Shown: positions 58,684 to 64,000 of the stretch, piece by piece
Layout of the letters: each line of letters starts with the position of its first letter
Position numbering within the stretch: position 1 is the first letter of the stretch
Source of the DNA: a bacterium
GTDB taxonomy: Bacteria > Bacillota_I > Bacilli_A > RF39 > UBA660
Assembly: GCA_963661295.1 (NCBI GenBank)
Contig: CAVLBI010000133.1
Span: forward strand, 168-64,167
DNA: 64,000 nt
Reading direction: 5' to 3'
Made by a program: the position numbers and the translations under genes
Notes under the pieces: model-generated
Databases searched by the model: none
What the model was told of the DNA's origin: nothing
The model's input: the letters and a program-made list of their open reading frames with translations, nothing else

Positions 58684-58695
58684 TCCTCATTTTCT
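58672..58695 (+). terminator. rho-independent terminator (copy 2)
   Basis: Perfect palindrome ATGAGGAGATAATCCTCAT spanning the stop codon, then TTTTCT. Confidence 0.55.
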
Positions 58696-58818
58696 ATTGG
58701 TATAAAGTTAAAGTAAAATGAAAAAATTATTAAATATAAGCTTAAAACCTTCTATATCACAAAAACCACTTGTATAAATTCTTGTTTTTTGTAATAATAT
58801 TACTGAGGAGATGATTTA

Positions 58819-59028
58819 ATGCTACATGATATATTACTTGTTGTAGTTGGCCTTTTAATCGGATTAGTAATCGGTTTCTTCGTAGCACGTACATTAATGA
58901 AGAAATATTTAAAGAAAAATCCCCCAATCAATGAAGATATGATTAAAGCTTTAATGATGCAAATGGGAAGAAAGCCAAATCAAAAACAAATAAATCAAAT
59001 GATGAAAGCAATGGAGAAATATCAATAA
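58819..59028 (+). CDS. yneF: UPF0154 (YneF) small membrane protein
   Basis: [47 protein letters not shown] matches the YneF family consensus. Confidence 0.8.
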   Translation: MLHDILLVVVGLLIGLVIGFFVARTLMKKYLKKNPPINEDMIKALMMQMGRKPNQKQINQMMKAMEKYQ

Positions 59029-59064
59029 GATATTTCTTTTCTTAATATACTAGGAGTGATATAG

Positions 59065-60825
59065 ATGAAAGATTTCAAAGAAAAATTATCGTTAGTTCCA
59101 ACAAAACCTGGAAGTTACCAAATGAAAAATAAAGATGGAGTAATAATATATGTAGGAAAAGCTAAAAACTTACAAAGAAGACTTAGAAGTTATTTCACAA
59201 GAACAGTAACAGGTAAAACTAAAATGTTAGTAGAAGATATAGATGATTTTGACTACATTGTAACTTCATCTGAATTAGAAAGTTTAATTCTAGAAATTAC
59301 ACTAATTAAAAAATATGATCCTAAATATAATATACTTTTACGTGATGATAAGTCATATCCATATATTGAACTAACAAACGATAAATATCCAGTTGTAAAA
59401 ATAGTAAGAACACCTAAAAGAAAGAAAAATAAATCTCATTTATATGGTCCATATCCTAATGCATCAGCAGCTAGAAAAACAGTAAATATAATTAACCGAG
59501 TATATCCACTTAGAAAATGTGATAAATTAAAAAAAGATTTATGCTTATACTATCACATAGGAGAATGCCTTGGATATTGTAAAAAAGACATTCCAAAAGA
59601 AACAATAGATGAAATGAAAAAAGAAATCGTTGCCTTCCTAAAAGGAGATAGTGAAATAATATCTAAAAAAATAGAAAAAGAAATGATAAAAGCATCAGAA
59701 AACTTAAACTATGAAAGAGCTTTAGAATTAAAAAATATGTTAGAAGACATAAATACAACTCTAAAGAAACAAAAAATTGATCTTAATAATAATTATAATT
59801 TTGATTTAGTAAATTACTATTATGAAAATAACTATCTAGGAATAGAAATATTCTTTATAAGAGATGGCTTATTATTTGGAAGACATAATGAAATAATATC
59901 ATCTATTGGAGATATTTCAGAAGAAGTCACAGAATACTTAATAAAGTTTTATGATAAAGGAGTACTTCCACATGAACTTCTAGTACCTCAAGAAATAGAT
60001 GAAAGATTACTTGAAGAATACTTTAAAGTAAAAGTATCAAAACCACAAAAAGGTAAATTAAAAAATCTATTAGACCTAGCCAAAGAAAATGCCAAAGAAC
60101 AAATTGAACTACAAGGTGAAACATTAAAACGAGATGAAGAAGAAAGATTAAAAGCTTTAAACGAATTAAAAGACCTTTTAGGATTAAAAGAATTACATAG
60201 AATGGAGTCATTCGATAACTCTCATTTATTTGGAACATTCTATGTAGGAGGAATGGTTGTATTTGATGACTTTCTACCAAACAAAGATCTATATAGAAAA
60301 TACAAGATTTCAACAGAAGTTAAAGATGATTTAAGTGCTATGAAAGAAGTAATATATAGAAGATACTTTAAAGTGTTAATGGATGAGTCATATAAACCGG
60401 ACTTAATTGTAATGGATGGTGGTATGCTCCAAATTAATGCTTGTAAAGAAATACTTGAAAGCCTAAATCTTCATATACCAATAATTGGTTTAGTAAAAGA
60501 TGATAAACATAGAACTAATCATATAATGAATGAAAACTTAAGAATTTTAGATGTAGATAAGGATTCTAAATTATTCTTATTTCTTACAAGAATCCAAGAT
60601 GAAGTACATAGATATGCTATATCATATCATAGAAATATAAAAGCAAAAGGAGCTCTTGCAAGTGTTTTAGATGTTGTTCCAGGAATAGGTGAAGTAAGAA
60701 AAAAAGAACTATTAAAAAAATTTGGTTCATTAAAGAAAATGAAAGAGGCAACTCAAGAAGAATTAGAAACTGTAGTTACAAAAGAAGTTGCCGAAAAATT
60801 ATTTGTTTACCTAAAAGATATATAG
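59065..60825 (+). CDS. uvrC: excinuclease ABC subunit C
   Basis: GIY-YIG (PGSYQMKNKDGVIIYVGKAKNLQRR), UvrBC, Endo V-like and C-terminal HhH domains. Confidence 0.95.
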   Translation: MKDFKEKLSLVPTKPGSYQMKNKDGVIIYVGKAKNLQRRLRSYFTRTVTGKTKMLVEDIDDFDYIVTSSELESLILEITLIKKYDPKYNILLRDDKSYPYIELTNDKYPVVKIVRTPKRKKNKSHLYGPYPNASAARKTVNIINRVYPLRKCDKLKKDLCLYYHIGECLGYCKKDIPKETIDEMKKEIVAFLKGDSEIISKKIEKEMIKASENLNYERALELKNMLEDINTTLKKQKIDLNNNYNFDLVNYYYENNYLGIEIFFIRDGLLFGRHNEIISSIGDISEEVTEYLIKFYDKGVLPHELLVPQEIDERLLEEYFKVKVSKPQKGKLKNLLDLAKENAKEQIELQGETLKRDEEERLKALNELKDLLGLKELHRMESFDNSHLFGTFYVGGMVVFDDFLPNKDLYRKYKISTEVKDDLSAMKEVIYRRYFKVLMDESYKPDLIVMDGGMLQINACKEILESLNLHIPIIGLVKDDKHRTNHIMNENLRILDVDKDSKLFLFLTRIQDEVHRYAISYHRNIKAKGALASVLDVVPGIGEVRKKELLKKFGSLKKMKEATQEELETVVTKEVAEKLFVYLKDI

Positions 60826-60854
60826 TATAATTAACTTATAATAGAGGTGAAAAT

Positions 60855-61310
60855 ATGAAATTAAATAAAAAAGGATTTTCATTGGTTGAATTACTAGGAG
60901 CAATAGTAATCCTTGCAATCATGATGGGACTTGCAACAGCAGCATATTCAAGATATAGACAAAAAGCAAAACAACAAGGATATGATACAATGGCAGAGTC
61001 TGCAAGTAATGCAGCATCAGAATATGTAATGGATCACCCTGGAGCTTATCAAGTAACTTTTGAAGAATTGTATGAACAAGAATATATGAGTTCACTACAA
61101 GACCCAGGTAAAAAAGACAAAAATTGTACAGGAAATGTAATTTTAAGGACAGCAAAAAATGAGGATGTTGGGGCGCTAGATACGGAAGAATACTACGTAA
61201 ATGTTTGCTGCAAAAATTATAATTACTCATATGTCTTCCCAGGAGGAAGTAAAACAAAGAACAAAGAGTGCAATGTAGAAGCAGACGCATGTTCTGTTGG
61301 TTCATGCTAG
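60855..61310 (+). CDS. prepilin-type pilin-like protein with a Cys-rich C-terminus
   Basis: MKLNKKG|FSLVELLGAIVILAIMMGLATAAYS. C-terminal CTGNV...VCCKNY...CNVEADACSVGSC. Confidence 0.75.
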   Translation: MKLNKKGFSLVELLGAIVILAIMMGLATAAYSRYRQKAKQQGYDTMAESASNAASEYVMDHPGAYQVTFEELYEQEYMSSLQDPGKKDKNCTGNVILRTAKNEDVGALDTEEYYVNVCCKNYNYSYVFPGGSKTKNKECNVEADACSVGSC

Positions 61311-61384
61311 ACTAATAAGAGAAAAAATAAAAGGTACTAAGTATCTTTTATTTTTGTTATAATAGAAAAGAAGTAGGTGGTAAA

Positions 61385-63181
61385 ATGAGTAAAATTCATG
61401 TAATGGATGAAGTACTTGCAAATAAAATAGCAGCAGGAGAAGTAGTAGAAAAATGTATGAATGTCGTAAAAGAATTAGTAGAAAATTCAATAGATGCATC
61501 CTCAGATGAAATAATAATAAAATTAATAGATTCCGGAGTAAAAGAAATAGAAGTAAGTGATAATGGAATAGGTATGGATCGAGAAGATGCAAAAATGGCT
61601 TTTCAAAGACATGCAACATCAAAATTAAAAAACTTAGATGACTTATTTTATATAGAATCATTAGGTTTTAGAGGTGAAGCACTTCCATCAATTGCCAGTG
61701 TATCAAATGTTAGACTAAAAACAAGTAATGGTGAAGTCGGTACAATAGTAACACTAGAAGGTGGAAAAAACATGCAAGTAACGTCATCTGATCTTCAAAA
61801 AGGAACAACAATCACAGTATCAGATTTATTTTATAATACTCCAGTTCGATTAAAATATTTGAAGAATCTATATGTAGAGTTAGCCTATATAGTTGAATAT
61901 TTAAATAAAATGGCACTATCATATCCAAATATTAAGTTTACATTAATAAATAACGATAAAGTATTATTAAAAACAGACGGTAATGGAGATCTTTTAAAAG
62001 TCATCTATGAAATATATGGAGTAGATATTACAAAGAAAATGATCCCAATCGAAGGGGAAAATGATGATTATTATATTCATGGATATATTTCTTATCCTGA
62101 AGTAACTAAAGGGAATAGAAACTCAATCACAACTCTAGTAAATGGAAGAGTAATTAAAAATAATGAACTTAATAAATGTATTGTTGATTGTTACCACACA
62201 TACATTCATAAAGATAGATATCCAGTAATTGTACTAAATATTGAAGTAGACCCAATACTAATAGATATCAACATCCACCCAACTAAAATGGACATAAAAT
62301 TTTCTAAGATGGACACTCTAAAAGATTTAGTAATAGATTTAATTACAAAGAGGTTAGAAAATATCACATTAATACCAGAAGTATCCGTAAGAGATAGTTA
62401 CTCAGTTAGTGAAGTTCATAGACAAATAACAAATAATATAGATAAAGAAGAACAAAAAGAAGAACCGGAAAACAAATATGAAGAAATGACTCTAGACTTT
62501 GAAGTTGCAGAACAAAAGAAAGTCTATGAAAAGGAAAAGAAAGACAAATTAAAAGAAGACTTGCCATTTGAAATAGAAGAAGAACCAGAAAAAGTTGCTA
62601 GAATCAAAAAAATGATTCCTCGAGGAGTTGTTTTAATGACATACATCGTTGCTGAAAATGAAGATGGAATGTATTTAATAGACCAACATGCCGCTGCTGA
62701 GAGAATAAACTATGAAAAAATATTAAAACAGATGAATGAATCACCAATCACAATAGACTTATTAATCCCGATAAAAATAGAATTAAGGCCCGATGAATTT
62801 ATTCTCGCAAGAGAAAGATTTGACTTACTAAAACAATATGGCTTTGATGTAGATGAATTTGGATTCGACAGTATAATAATAAGATCTCATCCAAGTTGGA
62901 TTCCAGAAGATAAATCAGAAGAAATAATAAGAAAAATAGTTGATATCATAATTGATAAAGGAGAATTTGACTTTGATAAGTTTATATGGCGTATGGCCGC
63001 AACAACAGCATGTAGAATGTCTGTAATGGCAAATACATATATATCTCCTGAAGATGAAGAATGGATATTAGAAAATATTAGATATTGCGATAATCCATTT
63101 ACATGTCCTCATGGAAGACCAACAATAATTACATATTCAAGATATGAATTAGAAAGATTATTTAAACGTCAACTTGATTAA
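61385..63181 (+). CDS. mutL: DNA mismatch repair protein MutL
   Basis: GHKL ATPase motifs (ELVENSIDA, DNGIGM, GFRGEAL). C-terminal dimerisation domain. Confidence 0.95.
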   Translation: MSKIHVMDEVLANKIAAGEVVEKCMNVVKELVENSIDASSDEIIIKLIDSGVKEIEVSDNGIGMDREDAKMAFQRHATSKLKNLDDLFYIESLGFRGEALPSIASVSNVRLKTSNGEVGTIVTLEGGKNMQVTSSDLQKGTTITVSDLFYNTPVRLKYLKNLYVELAYIVEYLNKMALSYPNIKFTLINNDKVLLKTDGNGDLLKVIYEIYGVDITKKMIPIEGENDDYYIHGYISYPEVTKGNRNSITTLVNGRVIKNNELNKCIVDCYHTYIHKDRYPVIVLNIEVDPILIDINIHPTKMDIKFSKMDTLKDLVIDLITKRLENITLIPEVSVRDSYSVSEVHRQITNNIDKEEQKEEPENKYEEMTLDFEVAEQKKVYEKEKKDKLKEDLPFEIEEEPEKVARIKKMIPRGVVLMTYIVAENEDGMYLIDQHAAAERINYEKILKQMNESPITIDLLIPIKIELRPDEFILARERFDLLKQYGFDVDEFGFDSIIIRSHPSWIPEDKSEEIIRKIVDIIIDKGEFDFDKFIWRMAATTACRMSVMANTYISPEDEEWILENIRYCDNPFTCPHGRPTIITYSRYELERLFKRQLD

Positions 63182-63231
63182 AATAAAATTTTTTAGTATA
63201 ATATGTCCCATAAAAAAGGGGGATTATAATA

Positions 63232-63981
63232 ATGAAAAACAAAATATTTGATAATGTTTACCCATTCACAACAGAAGAAATCGCAAGTTACTTTCCAATA
63301 TTAGAACTAAAAGGAAAAAGTGTGTTGACAGTAGGCTCATCATCAGACCAAGCCTTTAATGCTCTTTTACTAGGAGCTAAAAATATAACAGTCTATGACA
63401 TAAATGAAAATACCGCAAGATTTGGTAAATTAAAAAAAGACATAATAATAAACACCCAATCAAGAAAGCAAATGTATGATAAAGTCTTAAGGATAAAAGA
63501 AGTTCCATTATCACAAGATGTATTTAGTTTTAATTCATTAAAATATATGAATACATATATGGCTAGTCAAAAGTCATACAGTAAATTAAGAAAACTACTT
63601 TCAGAAGAGTCAGATAAAATAAGTTATGTAGAAGGGAATATAATGGATCTTCAACCAATAAAAGATAAGAGATACGACGTTATAATAACTTCTAATGTAT
63701 TACAATATTTAGACTTTTTTGTTCCACAAGATGCATCAATTGAAGAAGCTTTACAAAGTCTATTCAATGAACTAAAAGATCATTTAACAGAAAAAGGTAT
63801 CTTACAATTATTATATTATTATTCCTTCACAAAAAATCATATGAAAAAGGATGCTAATTCTTATACGACTGCATATCTTCCATGGATAGTAGATACTTTA
63901 AGTGGTAATATGCTTTATTTAGATACATTTGAAAATTCAATGGGTAAAAAAGATGCAATAGTAACATATGTAAAAAAATAA
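63232..63981 (+). CDS. hypothetical protein, possibly a Rossmann-fold SAM-dependent methyltransferase-like protein
   Basis: SVLTVGSSSDQAFNALLLGAKNITVYDIN resembles an MT motif I / post-I arrangement but is atypical. Confidence 0.45.
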   Translation: MKNKIFDNVYPFTTEEIASYFPILELKGKSVLTVGSSSDQAFNALLLGAKNITVYDINENTARFGKLKKDIIINTQSRKQMYDKVLRIKEVPLSQDVFSFNSLKYMNTYMASQKSYSKLRKLLSEESDKISYVEGNIMDLQPIKDKRYDVIITSNVLQYLDFFVPQDASIEEALQSLFNELKDHLTEKGILQLLYYYSFTKNHMKKDANSYTTAYLPWIVDTLSGNMLYLDTFENSMGKKDAIVTYVKK

Positions 63982-64000
63982 AAAGAAAGAGATGACTACA

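Noticed and set aside
1-64000. CRISPR arrays, IS elements or transposases, restriction-modification genes
   Set aside because: No regularly spaced short direct repeats were found. No transposase or integrase-like ORFs and no inverted terminal repeats were found. No recognisable REase/MTase motifs were seen. The only tandem repeats seen are the ~105-bp units at 41306..41600 and the duplicated C-terminal segment plus terminator at 56880..56986 and 58590..58695.

Overview
This window is a gene-dense, very AT-rich core region of a low-GC Firmicutes chromosome (Bacilli/Erysipelotrichia-like). It uses the standard genetic code: TAA, TAG and TGA all terminate genes, and TGA ends the response-regulator gene at 42289..42291. 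Nearly all genes are on the + strand. The gene order keeps recognisable Bacillus-type synteny: a T-box leader, an MBL hydrolase and thrS; dnaG-sigA-trmK; nfo; PBP2; a class B sortase; rpmG; efp; ftsK; a MerR/AKR/flavodoxin module; deoD; an M16 protease pair; lepA-hemW; a dTMP-kinase-like gene; a two-component system; two PlsC acyltransferases; tRNA-Arg and tRNA-Thr; a P-type ATPase; tkt-sirA-like ... yneF-uvrC-pilin-mutL.

The parts most worth a second look are these:
- A ~2.8 kb insertion breaks the conserved tkt-sirA-yneF neighbourhood. It holds a 535-nt noncoding region with repeated TGCACA motifs and a perfect palindrome, plus two unknown ORFs. The short ORF is a paralog of the C-terminal domain of the 519-aa one, and both share a near-identical C-terminal tail and terminator.
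- A divergently transcribed GspE/PilB-type ATPase carries an unusual ~270-aa Thr/Pro/Asn-rich tail and sits next to two Cys-rich prepilin-like genes. Three more orphan prepilin genes are scattered through the window, and no platform protein or prepilin peptidase is visible.
- Two genes flanking ftsK are interrupted by in-frame stop codons (not frameshifts): a YkgJ-family CxxCxxCC protein and a membrane protein.
- An imperfect ~105-bp tandem repeat upstream of the two-component system carries an AAAAGGAGG motif in each copy.

No CRISPR array, IS element or integrase was seen.
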